From assembly GCA_002727275.1 (NCBI GenBank), contig PBWO01000019.1, positions 15,260 through 79,259 on the forward strand: 64,000 nucleotides of DNA. Reading direction: 5' to 3'. Shown here piece by piece: positions 31,519 through 42,003 of the stretch. Numbering within the stretch: position 1 is the first letter of the stretch; every line of letters begins with the position of its first letter. The notes below the pieces were generated by a model. That model had not been told where the DNA came from and did no database searches. It saw nothing but the letters and a program-made list of their open reading frames with translations. The DNA comes from Methanobacteriota archaeon (GTDB lineage Archaea; Thermoplasmatota; Poseidoniia; Poseidoniales; Thalassarchaeaceae). The translations under genes were made by a program, and so were the position numbers.

Positions 31519-33726
31519 ATGGGTAGGAAAGAGGACAACATCAATCGTGCAACAGAAGTAATGCACCAAAGGGATAGGATACGAAATCTAGCTATTGCTG
31601 CCCACATCGATCACGGTAAGACAACACTATCAGACAACCTGATTGCGGGTGCTGGAATGATGTCGGAAGATCTAGCTGGAAAATCTAGGGTTCTCGATTT
31701 TGACGACCAAGAAAGCGCGCGTGGAATTACTATCAATGCAGCCAGTGCGTCTATGGTGCACAGTGTGGGCGGGGATGACTACCTGATCAATCTCATCGAT
31801 ACTCCCGGACACGTTGACTTCGGAGGAGATGTTACGAGGGCAATGCGCGCTGTTGATGGGTGCATCATTCTGACCTGTGCAGTCGAAGGGGCCATGCCTC
31901 AGACGGAGACTGTAGTTAGACAGGCGCTCAAGGAGAAGGTGAGACCAGTTTTGTTCATCAATAAGGTGGACAGGCTAATCAATGAGTTGCAAGTTACTCC
32001 AGAAGACATGATGAGTAGATTCGAAGAGCAAATTACCAGAGTCAATACTCTGATTCGGCAATTCGCTCCTGAAGAGCATCGTAAGGATTGGCAGGTCAGT
32101 GTCCAAGGAGGTACTGTAGCATTTGGTTCTGCATACCATAATTGGGGCATCACACTCCCCTACATGCAGAAGTCAGGAGTAAATTTCACTCAAATCTTTG
32201 AGTTCTGCCACAATGAACAACAGAAAGAACTCGCTAAGAAGGCCCCAGTGCACGAAGTACTTCTTGATATGGCGGTTGAAGAACTGCCATCACCTGTCGT
32301 GGCTCAGAAGTATAGGATCCCAAATATATGGCAAGGTGACTTAGAGTCAGAAACTGGAACTGCCATGATTGAATGCGATGCAAAAGGCCCCCTATCTTTG
32401 ATGATCACAAAAATTTGGATGGATCCCCATGCAGGAGAGGTCGCAGTAGGTAGAATCTACTCCGGAACTATTTCTCACGGAGAAACTGTCTGGGCACTAG
32501 GTGCTGCCAAATCTGAAAGAGTTCAACAAGTCAGTATGATGGTTGGAGGAGATAGGATTCAGGTCCCAGAAGTCTCATCGGGAAATATTGTAGCATTGAC
32601 TGGAGTTAGAAGTGCTGCTGCTGGTGTTACCATTACAAGGGAAGAGGATGCAACTCCATTCGAAGCAATCAGGCATTACTCAGAACCTGTTGTTACTGTA
32701 GCAGTCGAGCCAAAATCCATGAAGGATTTGCCGAAATTCATTGGAGCTCTAAATGGATTGGCAAAGGCAGATGCTTCACTTTCAGTCTCTACCAATCATG
32801 AGACTGGAGAGGCATTACTAGCAGGTATGGGAGAGTTGCATCTTGAGATTACAGTCTATAGATTGGAGGAAGAGCAGAATATCAAAGTCTCTGTCAGTGA
32901 ACCCATCGTAGTCTATCGGGAATCAATTTCCTCCGACAACAAAGGGCGTTCATTTGAGGGTAAGTCTCCAAACAGGCACAATAGATTTTACATTGAAACT
33001 GAACCGCTACCAGATGACGTAGTAAATGCACTTCGAGAAGGGGCCTTCGGTGATGGTTCAGTACGAAATAAAGATGCAAAGCAAGTCGGGGACCAATTCG
33101 CCGAATTTGGCATGGACAAGGACATGATGAGAAAAATCTACGCAATAAATGGTACAAACGTGTTAGTCAATGACACCAAGGGAATCCAGAATTTGCACGA
33201 GACCAGAGAACTAATTATTGAGGGATTCAACGATGTTTGCAACAAGGGTCCTGTTGCTGATGAGCCATTGATGGGCGTCCTCGTAAGATTAGTTGATGCA
33301 AAGCTCCACGAAGATGCAATTCACCGTGGACCTGCGCAAACTATCCCAGCAGTAAGGAACGCAGTAAAGGGTGCTCTAATCAGATCCAAGTCTGTAATCT
33401 TCGAGCCAATTCAGAAGATTCGTATCGATGCACCTAACGATGTAATCGGTGGCGTTACTAGAGAGGTCACTACACGGCGCGGAATCATTGAAGATATGCC
33501 GGTCGATGGAAGTACTGCTAGTGTAATTGGGACCATGCCTGTAGCAGAGACCTTCGGATTCTCAAACGATATCAGGGCTGCCAGTCAATGCAGAGCAGTT
33601 TGGAATACCGAGAATGCAGGATATGTTCACTTACCTCCAAACCTGTTTGGTGATGTGACAGCAGAGATTCGTGAGAGGAAGGGACTCAAGCCCGAGATTC
33701 CAGGCGAAGCCCACTATATGGACTGA
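31519..33726 (+). CDS. fusA: Elongation factor aEF-2
   Basis: AHIDHGKTT, RGITI, DTPGHVDF, NKVD, GMGELHLE; diphthamide loop HEDAIHRGPAQ. Confidence 0.98.
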   Translation: MGRKEDNINRATEVMHQRDRIRNLAIAAHIDHGKTTLSDNLIAGAGMMSEDLAGKSRVLDFDDQESARGITINAASASMVHSVGGDDYLINLIDTPGHVDFGGDVTRAMRAVDGCIILTCAVEGAMPQTETVVRQALKEKVRPVLFINKVDRLINELQVTPEDMMSRFEEQITRVNTLIRQFAPEEHRKDWQVSVQGGTVAFGSAYHNWGITLPYMQKSGVNFTQIFEFCHNEQQKELAKKAPVHEVLLDMAVEELPSPVVAQKYRIPNIWQGDLESETGTAMIECDAKGPLSLMITKIWMDPHAGEVAVGRIYSGTISHGETVWALGAAKSERVQQVSMMVGGDRIQVPEVSSGNIVALTGVRSAAAGVTITREEDATPFEAIRHYSEPVVTVAVEPKSMKDLPKFIGALNGLAKADASLSVSTNHETGEALLAGMGELHLEITVYRLEEEQNIKVSVSEPIVVYRESISSDNKGRSFEGKSPNRHNRFYIETEPLPDDVVNALREGAFGDGSVRNKDAKQVGDQFAEFGMDKDMMRKIYAINGTNVLVNDTKGIQNLHETRELIIEGFNDVCNKGPVADEPLMGVLVRLVDAKLHEDAIHRGPAQTIPAVRNAVKGALIRSKSVIFEPIQKIRIDAPNDVIGGVTREVTTRRGIIEDMPVDGSTASVIGTMPVAETFGFSNDIRAASQCRAVWNTENAGYVHLPPNLFGDVTAEIRERKGLKPEIPGEAHYMD

Positions 33727-33728
33727 AA

Positions 33729-35423
33729 CTAGTTGATTCGTATCAATTGAAAATCAGTTAATTCCCTAAGTACCGAGACAGCTGGACTGTCAGGTAATTT
33801 ATCTAGACACTCATGTGCTAGGGAATGATGATGCATAGCCCTGTCCTTGGCATATTGTATAGAGCCGCTATCATGTAATTCTTGTACCGCAGACAACAAT
33901 TCGTCATCCGTACACTTTCCTGCGCCATACGCCATTCTGAAGGCCGGCATATCTTCATCGCATTGTAATGCATGTATGGCAATCAACGTTTTCTTACCCT
34001 GCACTATGTCGGATCCGGCTGGTTTCCCGAGAGTCGCTGTATCCCCAGTAATGTCAATCAGATCATCCATCAACTGGAAACAAAGACCGAGATTCAGACC
34101 CCATTTTTCCATATTATCAACGATTTCAGGAGATGCCCCTGCGAGAATGGACCCAGTGCCTGCACATGTTTCGAACATTACACTGGTCTTGCCAGTAATC
34201 ATAGCGATATATTCGTCTTCACTAACTTCGTCTCTAGATTCAAAGGAAATATCTTCTTGTTGACCATCTGCGACATTCCTGACCATCTCACCAATCGCTC
34301 TGACAAGAAATGCCAATTTATCAGAGTCTATATCTCTCGATTCGGCAAGAATCTCAAATGCTACGGCCAACATTGCATCGCCTGCATTGATCGCTGTGGA
34401 GTCATCATATGCGACGTGAACAGCTTCCAATCCTCTTCTGATGGGGTCTTGATCCATCAAATCATCATGAACTAAAGTAAAGTTGTGAATAATTTCTATT
34501 GAAGCTCCGAGAGTATAATGTCCCTCATGTGCCTCGCCCACAGCCTCGCCCACTAGTCTAGGAAGTGTGGCCCTCAATCGCTTTCCTCCACCCGAGAATA
34601 GATGCGTCATTGCACCGTGTAAACGCTGTTGCTTCATTTTGCCAAGACTTTGCATGATTACTTCCTCGACGTGCTCTCTATGGAATGCTATAGCATCTAA
34701 CAGGTTCTGCCCAGGAGCTACAGAATTGCCTCCCATGTCAACTTCTCCGAATTGTATTACACCCTCTCTAGCAGGTATTTTATGCATATCTGGATAGTAC
34801 TCTTCGAAAAATTCACTCCACAATAATCTGAACCATGGAGCAACAATTTGATCTTCCCAGAACCCATCCCCTCTCATCATCTCGGCAATCTCGGGACCAG
34901 CTACCCATTTAGTGGAAGAAATCTCATTAGGGTTAGGATCAACTTCAATTCCATCTGCAATGGCTACTAGGACATGGTCAACTTCGCGTTCAATCCAATC
35001 TGCATCCCATCTGCATTCGTATAGGAATGATCCAAGGTGCCTGAGTTCAATCTCAGACAATTGACCCTCAGAGATTCCAAGCTCTTGATGCAGTTTTCTC
35101 TTGGCCGCATTAACAACTCCAGTTACTACATCTCCATTTTCACCTGGAATATCCAAAGGATGGCTACAGCAAGTATTTGCCCATACAGAAGGGAAGGTGA
35201 TCTTGTCATCAGAACGCTTCTGGACCAGCAATCCACCTTCACTGTTGAATATTAGCACACTGAATGCGCGGTGCAGTAAACCCTCTCTAAAGTGGCAGTT
35301 AAGTTTGGTTTCTGAACCTATACTATTGCCATCATAGTCGACTAATATACAGCGTTCTGACATCATCTCTGCTTGTGAGTCATCGTGACCCTGCAATGCA
35401 GAGATGTCTGAATCCGCTGCCAT
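33729..35423 (-). CDS. Fusion of type-1 IPP isomerase and GGPP/polyprenyl diphosphate synthase
   Basis: N-terminal LLHRAFSV, WANTCCSHP, EREVDHV, APWF (IDI1); C-terminal GGKRLR, HDDLMD, NAGD, GKT, FQLMDDLID. Confidence 0.93.
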   Translation of the reverse strand: MAADSDISALQGHDDSQAEMMSERCILVDYDGNSIGSETKLNCHFREGLLHRAFSVLIFNSEGGLLVQKRSDDKITFPSVWANTCCSHPLDIPGENGDVVTGVVNAAKRKLHQELGISEGQLSEIELRHLGSFLYECRWDADWIEREVDHVLVAIADGIEVDPNPNEISSTKWVAGPEIAEMMRGDGFWEDQIVAPWFRLLWSEFFEEYYPDMHKIPAREGVIQFGEVDMGGNSVAPGQNLLDAIAFHREHVEEVIMQSLGKMKQQRLHGAMTHLFSGGGKRLRATLPRLVGEAVGEAHEGHYTLGASIEIIHNFTLVHDDLMDQDPIRRGLEAVHVAYDDSTAINAGDAMLAVAFEILAESRDIDSDKLAFLVRAIGEMVRNVADGQQEDISFESRDEVSEDEYIAMITGKTSVMFETCAGTGSILAGASPEIVDNMEKWGLNLGLCFQLMDDLIDITGDTATLGKPAGSDIVQGKKTLIAIHALQCDEDMPAFRMAYGAGKCTDDELLSAVQELHDSGSIQYAKDRAMHHHSLAHECLDKLPDSPAVSVLRELTDFQLIRIN

Positions 35424-35469
35424 GATGGTGCGACAATACGGTTGCATATAACCCAATACGGGAATTTGA

Positions 35470-36267
35470 CTAATCGTCTACAACTATTCTGGTACCGACG
35501 GTTTGACCATCAGAAAGAATCTCTAACATCCTTGAAGGGACTCTGCCGTCAATGAACCATACATGCTCTGCAAAGCCGGCGATTTCTGACGCACACTGAG
35601 CTTTCAATAAGATTCCACCAGTTACATCGATACTGGAATCATGCTCACCGAAGAACTCCTGTGAATGTGACCAACGTTCAATCAATAACGAACCCTCGGC
35701 ACCAGGGGGCCCACTGAGAAGTCCTTCCGCATCTCCAAGCAGGAATGCGCATAGCAGAACATCAGGCAATTCTTTAGCCAATCGAACCATTAGATGGTCG
35801 CCAGATAGTATTCCAAACATACTGTCTCCTTGAACATCTACAACATCACCGAAACTAACCGGAACATCCGATTCCGGACTGCGCTTGAAAATATTCACGT
35901 CTCCTGAGAATTCGGTCCCGACTCCAATAACCCATTCTCTCGGTGGTAGAGGTTCGCTTTGAATGCCAACTGCAGTTAATGATTCTATTAGTATCGAATT
36001 CAACTCATCCATATCTGAACGAATAGTGTCTATGGCTGAATATTGCTGTTCAGATATTTCCGGATTCAAACCCTCACTGATGTGCCATTTCTTAGCTTCA
36101 ATATGGCCATATGATCCAGCTCCATGAATGACAATCACAGAGTGTCCCATTTCGATAATATGGGAAATGACCTTTGATACAGCATCAATACGATTCCTCA
36201 GTACAACCTTGTATTGTGTTTTGTCAGTAATCAGGCCACCACCAAGTTTGATGATAACCCGGGCCAT
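35470..36267 (-). CDS. ipk: Isopentenyl phosphate kinase
   Basis: IKLGGGLITDK, HGAGSYGH, FGDVV, SGD, DVTGG. Confidence 0.92.
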   Translation of the reverse strand: MARVIIKLGGGLITDKTQYKVVLRNRIDAVSKVISHIIEMGHSVIVIHGAGSYGHIEAKKWHISEGLNPEISEQQYSAIDTIRSDMDELNSILIESLTAVGIQSEPLPPREWVIGVGTEFSGDVNIFKRSPESDVPVSFGDVVDVQGDSMFGILSGDHLMVRLAKELPDVLLCAFLLGDAEGLLSGPPGAEGSLLIERWSHSQEFFGEHDSSIDVTGGILLKAQCASEIAGFAEHVWFIDGRVPSRMLEILSDGQTVGTRIVVDD

Positions 36268-36336
36268 GATTTGGCCACGGGGTATACGACTTAGCATATA
36301 CCGTAGATTCATGACTGATGGATGCATGAGGCTACT

Positions 36337-36666
36337 ATGGGCGGAGTCTCAGATATTGAGCAGTTCCAAAGATGGTTACAGGCTCAATTGGCAATGTCGG
36401 AGAATATAGAAGACCCTTCTGAACGAGAACGAGTGGAGATTCAGATAGAATCTGCTATTCAATTGACCATCCAATACCGCCAGATTATTGATGAACAGTC
36501 TGAATCGATTCCTTCACCATTCTCTGAAATGCCTTCTCCTGTCAGAGTAATTGATGACACAGGTCTAGAAAAGACCGAGGTTTCTGATTCATCACTTTGC
36601 GCTGGTTGCCAAGAACCAGTAAGTGGCGATCTCGACTTCTGCCCAGCTTGTGGTAAATATCGTTGA
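36337..36666 (+). CDS. Hypothetical protein with C-terminal zinc ribbon
   Basis: CAGC..FCPACG. Confidence 0.7.
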   Translation: MGGVSDIEQFQRWLQAQLAMSENIEDPSERERVEIQIESAIQLTIQYRQIIDEQSESIPSPFSEMPSPVRVIDDTGLEKTEVSDSSLCAGCQEPVSGDLDFCPACGKYR

Positions 36667-37356
36667 TTACTCTTCTTCGTCCCAATGTACTCTAGCCAAC
36701 TCATATTCAGGATGGTCATTTGGAATCAGAGACAGATATTCAGCAGCAACATCATCGGCTAGGTAAACCGTAACGCCTGCATGCCAAATGGTATCACCCG
36801 AAGCCACCATACGAGCTGTATCTACTTCTAGCAAAGATGGTAGTTTATGGTGAACATGCCCTGCTTCGGCAGCGGATCTAATATTTGCAGATAGATGAAC
36901 ATGCGCTCTACCGCTAGGCCTGAGTCCAACTTCAAGAAGATTCTCTGCCTCATCGGGAGCACAGGGGAAGAAGAGAGATTCCGGGATGTTATCAGTAGGT
37001 AGGTCGAGCTCAATTTCCACTGTGTGGCCATATGTTGCCCTAATCATATTTCCACGAACTTCGTATCTTCCCTTTGGGTCAGTTTCAGAGATAGCACGGA
37101 AGTGATGTGGTCGGAGCCAGTGATATCTCCTCTTGTTTGAACCTTTGAACTGCCTAATGATATCCTTGAGGTCTATCCAACCGTTGATATCCATCTCTAG
37201 ATCGAACTTTTCAGGTGCATGCCTCAAGACAAGAGCCAATCGCCTAGCTAGACTATCTCTCTCTCCAGTACGCATAATGAAACGTCCTTCGGAGTTGCAT
37301 GCAGGACAAAGGTCATCATCTGCGTAGTAACCATGGTTTGTACATTCCCTAATCAT
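36667..37356 (-). CDS. kptA: RNA 2'-phosphotransferase Tpt1/KptA
   Basis: LRHAP, KGRYE, IRATYGHT, HVHLS; N-terminal CxxH..CxxC. Confidence 0.93.
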   Translation of the reverse strand: MIRECTNHGYYADDDLCPACNSEGRFIMRTGERDSLARRLALVLRHAPEKFDLEMDINGWIDLKDIIRQFKGSNKRRYHWLRPHHFRAISETDPKGRYEVRGNMIRATYGHTVEIELDLPTDNIPESLFFPCAPDEAENLLEVGLRPSGRAHVHLSANIRSAAEAGHVHHKLPSLLEVDTARMVASGDTIWHAGVTVYLADDVAAEYLSLIPNDHPEYELARVHWDEEE

Positions 37357-37463
37357 TGTATCAAACCGTCGAGTAGCAAGCCTCTCAAGAACCCCTCGGT
37401 CGGTAACATCTGGTTCACTTCGCCATAGTCAATGGTTATGTGAGGCAACTCACTGGTGATGTC

Positions 37464-38597
37464 ATGGGCGCAGTTATTGTTGATTGGGCTAGATCCCCTT
37501 TTCAACGAGCTCACAAGGGTGAATTACGCTCTGTGAGGCCTGACGACTTAGCAAGTCAAGTCATTAGTGGCTTAATGGACAGGAATGATATCGATAATTC
37601 ACTGTTTGATGATATAATACTTGGATGCGCATATCCAGAAGCGGAACAAGGATACAATCTAGGACGTTTGGTAACTGCTCTTTCCGGTTTTCCCAATACG
37701 GTTCCAGGTGTGACAATCAATCGCCTGTGCGGTTCTTCAATGCATGCCGTTCTATCAGCCGCATCCAGTATCGAGTCTGGATGGGGTGACTGTTTCATGT
37801 GTACAGGAGTTGAATCAATGTCCCGAGTTAAGCGCAGAGGTTTCAATTGGAGTCCAAACCCCACTTTGAACGTAGATTGGCCTCAGGCGTATGTAGAGAT
37901 GGGGGTGACGGCTGAGAACGTTGCAGAGAAATGGGCTATAACAAGGGAAGAGCAAGAGAAATTCGCTCTTAGTTCTCATATGAAGTCAGTATCCGCTCTT
38001 GAACAGGGTAATTTTGTAGATGAATTGATTGAAATCCATTCGAATTCTCAAATCATCAAATCCGATGGGTGTATACGCCCCGAGACAACTATGGAAACGA
38101 TGTCAGGCCTAAGGCCTGTGTTTTCTGACTCCGGTACTGTTACTGCAGCAACATCATCTCCACTGACTGACGGAGCAGCAGCGTTGATTGTTTGTAGTGA
38201 GGATTTCGCTTCTTCTAATAATCTGAGTCCATTAGCCCGCATCGTTTCAGGTGTAGTGACTGGGTGTAAACCCGAGCTTATGGGAATTGGACCAGTTTCT
38301 GCCACTAGGAAGTTGGTTGATAATATTGGTTGGGATTTGGATTCAGTAGATGTTGTAGAACTCAATGAAGCATTCTCTTCCCAGAGTCTTGCTGTAATCT
38401 CAGAACTTAATCTAGATCCAGGCAGAGTAAATATCGATGGTGGAGCGATTTCAGTAGGGCACCCCCTCGGGGCTTCGGGTGCTAGAATTACTGGGAAGGC
38501 AGCTTCTCTACTAAACAGAACAGATGGTACTAGAGCCATAGCAACAATGTGTATAGGTGGAGGCATGGGTATGGCAATCGCTCTTGAGAAAATCTAG
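37464..38597 (+). CDS. Thiolase (acetyl-CoA C-acyltransferase)
   Basis: NRLCGSS, GVESMS, ELNEAF, GHPLGASG, MCIGGGMG. Confidence 0.95.
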   Translation: MGAVIVDWARSPFQRAHKGELRSVRPDDLASQVISGLMDRNDIDNSLFDDIILGCAYPEAEQGYNLGRLVTALSGFPNTVPGVTINRLCGSSMHAVLSAASSIESGWGDCFMCTGVESMSRVKRRGFNWSPNPTLNVDWPQAYVEMGVTAENVAEKWAITREEQEKFALSSHMKSVSALEQGNFVDELIEIHSNSQIIKSDGCIRPETTMETMSGLRPVFSDSGTVTAATSSPLTDGAAALIVCSEDFASSNNLSPLARIVSGVVTGCKPELMGIGPVSATRKLVDNIGWDLDSVDVVELNEAFSSQSLAVISELNLDPGRVNIDGGAISVGHPLGASGARITGKAASLLNRTDGTRAIATMCIGGGMGMAIALEKI

Positions 38598-39139
38598 TCG
38601 GCTAATACCAGTTTACTTCCGCAGTTTGGACATAAATCCTCAGTAGTCAATTTGGATGGAATTACTGCCAGGATGCTCTCGCATCCAGGGCACGTTGATA
38701 GAATCTCAGAATTCTCTCCGGCATCAATAGTAGTGGAATGAGAATTATACCATGTTGTATATGCATCATTTCTCATTGTAGTCACTCTCCTAAGGCTAGA
38801 AACTCCCAGTAAAGTCAGAGCAATTGGGAGCAAGAAGCTGCCTTCTGCTGTACTGACATGCGAATACAATCCCAGTATTCCAATTAGTAGGAGAAGTGAA
38901 CCGGTTAGTGAGAGGTTTGCTATGCCCACATTTAGGCCCCCGGAAGATTTTCGATGTAGCATGACAATAGAGACTGCACTTAGGGGGATGATTAGAAGAA
39001 CGGCGAATAGAGCGAACAGAGTAACTGTACTACCAGCCCCATTAAATCCAGTCATCAATAACAACAGTACCAGAATGGTATCAATAATTGAAAATCGAAT
39101 AATATGCGCATGCAATCTGCTCATCGGATCTCCGCTCAT
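38594..39139 (-). CDS. Four-TM membrane protein with C-terminal zinc ribbon
   Basis: Four hydrophobic segments, then CPGC..CPNC. Confidence 0.7.
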   Translation of the reverse strand: MSGDPMSRLHAHIIRFSIIDTILVLLLLMTGFNGAGSTVTLFALFAVLLIIPLSAVSIVMLHRKSSGGLNVGIANLSLTGSLLLLIGILGLYSHVSTAEGSFLLPIALTLLGVSSLRRVTTMRNDAYTTWYNSHSTTIDAGENSEILSTCPGCESILAVIPSKLTTEDLCPNCGSKLVLAD

Positions 39140-39214
39140 GCACTCGGATTAGGGTCCAGCAGAAGAATTTTCATCTTGCGACGAACTCATGAATAGCGAG
39201 GTAGTCGCAATGCC

Positions 39215-40435
39215 GTGTCGTCCGACCTGGGAGTTGAAACTCATGGTGACTCGCTAGCTGGACGAAATGTCCTATTGGTAGTATCTGGAGGCATTGCAGC
39301 AGTTGAATCTGTGAAACTATCAAGGGAGATTCGGCGTCATGGTGCGAATCTTAGCATTATCATGACTAAGGATGCACACAAAGTCATCACACCTTTGGCC
39401 CTTTCATGGGCATCGTCTTCTCCCATTCTGACTGAATGGGACTCAGAGATGTCCCAATTGTCTCGATTTGACGGGGTTTTAGTTGCTCCAGCAACTCGAA
39501 ACACCATCTCAAAGCATATTCATGGTGTTATGGACTCTCCTGCTTTGATGGCTCTATCCGCAGCTAGAGGTAGCAGAACACCAATACTTTTCGTCCCATC
39601 TATGCATTCTGACTTATTCGATGACCCTGTAACAACTGAATTACTCGACTCATTAATGGATGAGGGTTCTGATATCGTATTGAATGAATTTTCAGAGGGC
39701 CGTTTGAAGCAACCCAATCACATTCAAATCGTAGCCAATCTAGGTCGTTGCATAAACAAACATCTTCCTAATAGGAAGAAGGTTGCAATCACTCTGGGTG
39801 CAAACCGTGCCCCAATTGACTCAGTTAGAGCCATTCAGAATGCATCATCTGGGGCAACCGGGTGGAGAATAGCCGAGCACTTGTATAGAATGGGCCATGA
39901 TGTTGTATGCATTGCCGGAGTAACTTCTTCATCCTCTAACTTCGTTTTACCTTCAGTAATTCGAGCAGGTACTCCTGCAGCCATGCTTACTGCTTGTTTG
40001 GATGTAGCATCAGGCATGGACATTTGGATAGATGATAGTGAGAGCAAACCGGATGCTTGGATCCACGCTGCTGCTGTACTCGATTACTATACCGATCCTA
40101 TCTCGGGTAAGAAGCCCAGCGGAGATTCAGATTGGAGACTTCAATTGGCCCCAGGCCCAAAGCATATCGATGAGATTTCTCACTTATCCAAAGATTGTGT
40201 ACGAATAGGATTCAAACTAGAAGTAGACGTTTCTGTTGATGAACTTCTGAATAGAGCAGCCGCTCAGATAGATCGTCTAGGAACAGATGCTTGTGTTGCC
40301 AATCTGAAGGATGAGGTTCACGATCCTAATACACCAAGGGGGCGAGTTGTTCTTCCTAACGGCGAAGTTCTCGAAATGCTAGATGATGTTGAATTGTGTC
40401 GCACCATTGAGTCGCTATTGCACATTCGCGACTAG
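39215..40435 (+). CDS. coaBC: Phosphopantothenoylcysteine decarboxylase/synthetase
   Basis: SGGIAA, APATRNTISK, PSMH, IDSVRAIQNASSG, AAAVLDY, GFKLE. Confidence 0.92.
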   Translation: MSSDLGVETHGDSLAGRNVLLVVSGGIAAVESVKLSREIRRHGANLSIIMTKDAHKVITPLALSWASSSPILTEWDSEMSQLSRFDGVLVAPATRNTISKHIHGVMDSPALMALSAARGSRTPILFVPSMHSDLFDDPVTTELLDSLMDEGSDIVLNEFSEGRLKQPNHIQIVANLGRCINKHLPNRKKVAITLGANRAPIDSVRAIQNASSGATGWRIAEHLYRMGHDVVCIAGVTSSSSNFVLPSVIRAGTPAAMLTACLDVASGMDIWIDDSESKPDAWIHAAAVLDYYTDPISGKKPSGDSDWRLQLAPGPKHIDEISHLSKDCVRIGFKLEVDVSVDELLNRAAAQIDRLGTDACVANLKDEVHDPNTPRGRVVLPNGEVLEMLDDVELCRTIESLLHIRD

Positions 40436-40479
40436 ACATTGGCATTACATTGAAGCACACTCCACCTTCGCCACCATTC

Positions 40480-42003
40480 GTGAGCGGTCCTAAGAAGGCT
40501 AAGCGGGGTATACCCAACAAGTCTGATTTCAATGCGTGGTATCCAGCTATAGTTGAGATTGCTGACTTAGTTGACAAGAGGTACCCAATAAAGGGTATGG
40601 ACGTCTGGAAGCCATATGGACTCAAGTCGATGAACCTGATTGATGGACTTGCACGAAGGGAAATGGCACGAACGGGTCATGAAGAGCACCGTTTCCCATT
40701 ATTAGTTCCAGAGGATCTACTCGAAAAAGAGAACAGACTCGTTTCTAGACTGAAGGCGGCAAGGGCTGCGGGTGTAGACCCTAATGAGCTCAGGATTGAC
40801 GAAGAAGAATCGGGGTTCAAGAAAGAAGTATACTGGGTAACTAAGGGCGGTGAGAACGAACTGGAAATACCCATGTTCCTGAGGCCAACATCTGAAACAC
40901 CGATGTACACAATGTTCGCTTTATGGGTACGAAGTCACGCTGATCTGCCATTGAAGACATTCCAGATTGTCAACACATTCCGATATGAGACTAAGCAGAC
41001 ACGCTCTTTCATACGGGTCAGGGAAATTCATTTCTTCGAGGCTCATACAGTGCACGCAAATAAGGAAGGAGCAGATGCCCAAATAGAAGAAGATGCAGAT
41101 ATGGTCCAATCCATAATGCATGACCTATGCCTACCTAGCCTAGTTTCAAAGAGGCCAGTATGGGATACTTTTCCAGGGGCTTGGTACACTAAGGCCGCCG
41201 ATGTCATTATGCCGAATGGCAGAACATTACAAGTCGCTACATATCACCACTACAAGGATCAGTGGGCTGGTGCATTTGACTTGACATACGAAGACTCAGA
41301 CGGCTCAACTAAACCATGCCATCAGACCACATTTGGAATGTCAGAGAGGCTCTTGGGTGCAGTTGTTGGAATGCACGGTGATGACAATGGACTAATCATG
41401 CCTCCTGCGGTTGCCCCAATTCAAATTGTAATTATGCCCATTGCTCAGCATGTAGATCCTAATGTCATGAAAGCTGTTCATGCTTTGAGTGATGAGTTGA
41501 ATACTGCAGGATTCAGAGTACATGTAGATGAACGTGACTTGAGGCCCGGTGCTAAGCACTTCGACTGGGAGATTAAAGGAGTCCCCCTAAGGGTCGAGAT
41601 CGGACCAAGAGATTTGGCATCTAGCTCATGCTTAGTCTCGATTAGGACCGGAGGAAAGGAACAATTGCCATTGGATGGTTTCAATAATTCCGCACGGAAA
41701 CTACTCGACTCCATGGCTTCCACTTTACGCTCCAATGCGCAAACTATTGCTGACGGGTTGGTACATACATTCCCTGGATTCGTTAAAGGCGATGATGACA
41801 CTCTAATTGTTAATGAGCCAATTGTGGACGGATTTGTATACGAGTTGGCATTTGATGGCTCTGACTCTGATGCAGAAATTCTTGAGAAGTCTACAGGACT
41901 AACTTTGTTGGGCGAGTCGGATACTCCTTTCCCTGAGCCTACTCCCTGCGCTGTAACTGGTAAACTCACAACTCGTAGGCAACACATCGCTAGGATGTAT
42001 TAA
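40480..42003 (+). CDS. proS: Proline--tRNA ligase (archaeal/eukaryotic type)
   Basis: FNAWY, RPTSET, FRYE..FIRVREI, QTTFGMSER, HGDDNG, KGVPLRVEIGPRD, C-terminal ARMY; start is GTG 40480 or TTG 40450. Confidence 0.96.
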   Translation: MSGPKKAKRGIPNKSDFNAWYPAIVEIADLVDKRYPIKGMDVWKPYGLKSMNLIDGLARREMARTGHEEHRFPLLVPEDLLEKENRLVSRLKAARAAGVDPNELRIDEEESGFKKEVYWVTKGGENELEIPMFLRPTSETPMYTMFALWVRSHADLPLKTFQIVNTFRYETKQTRSFIRVREIHFFEAHTVHANKEGADAQIEEDADMVQSIMHDLCLPSLVSKRPVWDTFPGAWYTKAADVIMPNGRTLQVATYHHYKDQWAGAFDLTYEDSDGSTKPCHQTTFGMSERLLGAVVGMHGDDNGLIMPPAVAPIQIVIMPIAQHVDPNVMKAVHALSDELNTAGFRVHVDERDLRPGAKHFDWEIKGVPLRVEIGPRDLASSSCLVSIRTGGKEQLPLDGFNNSARKLLDSMASTLRSNAQTIADGLVHTFPGFVKGDDDTLIVNEPIVDGFVYELAFDGSDSDAEILEKSTGLTLLGESDTPFPEPTPCAVTGKLTTRRQHIARMY

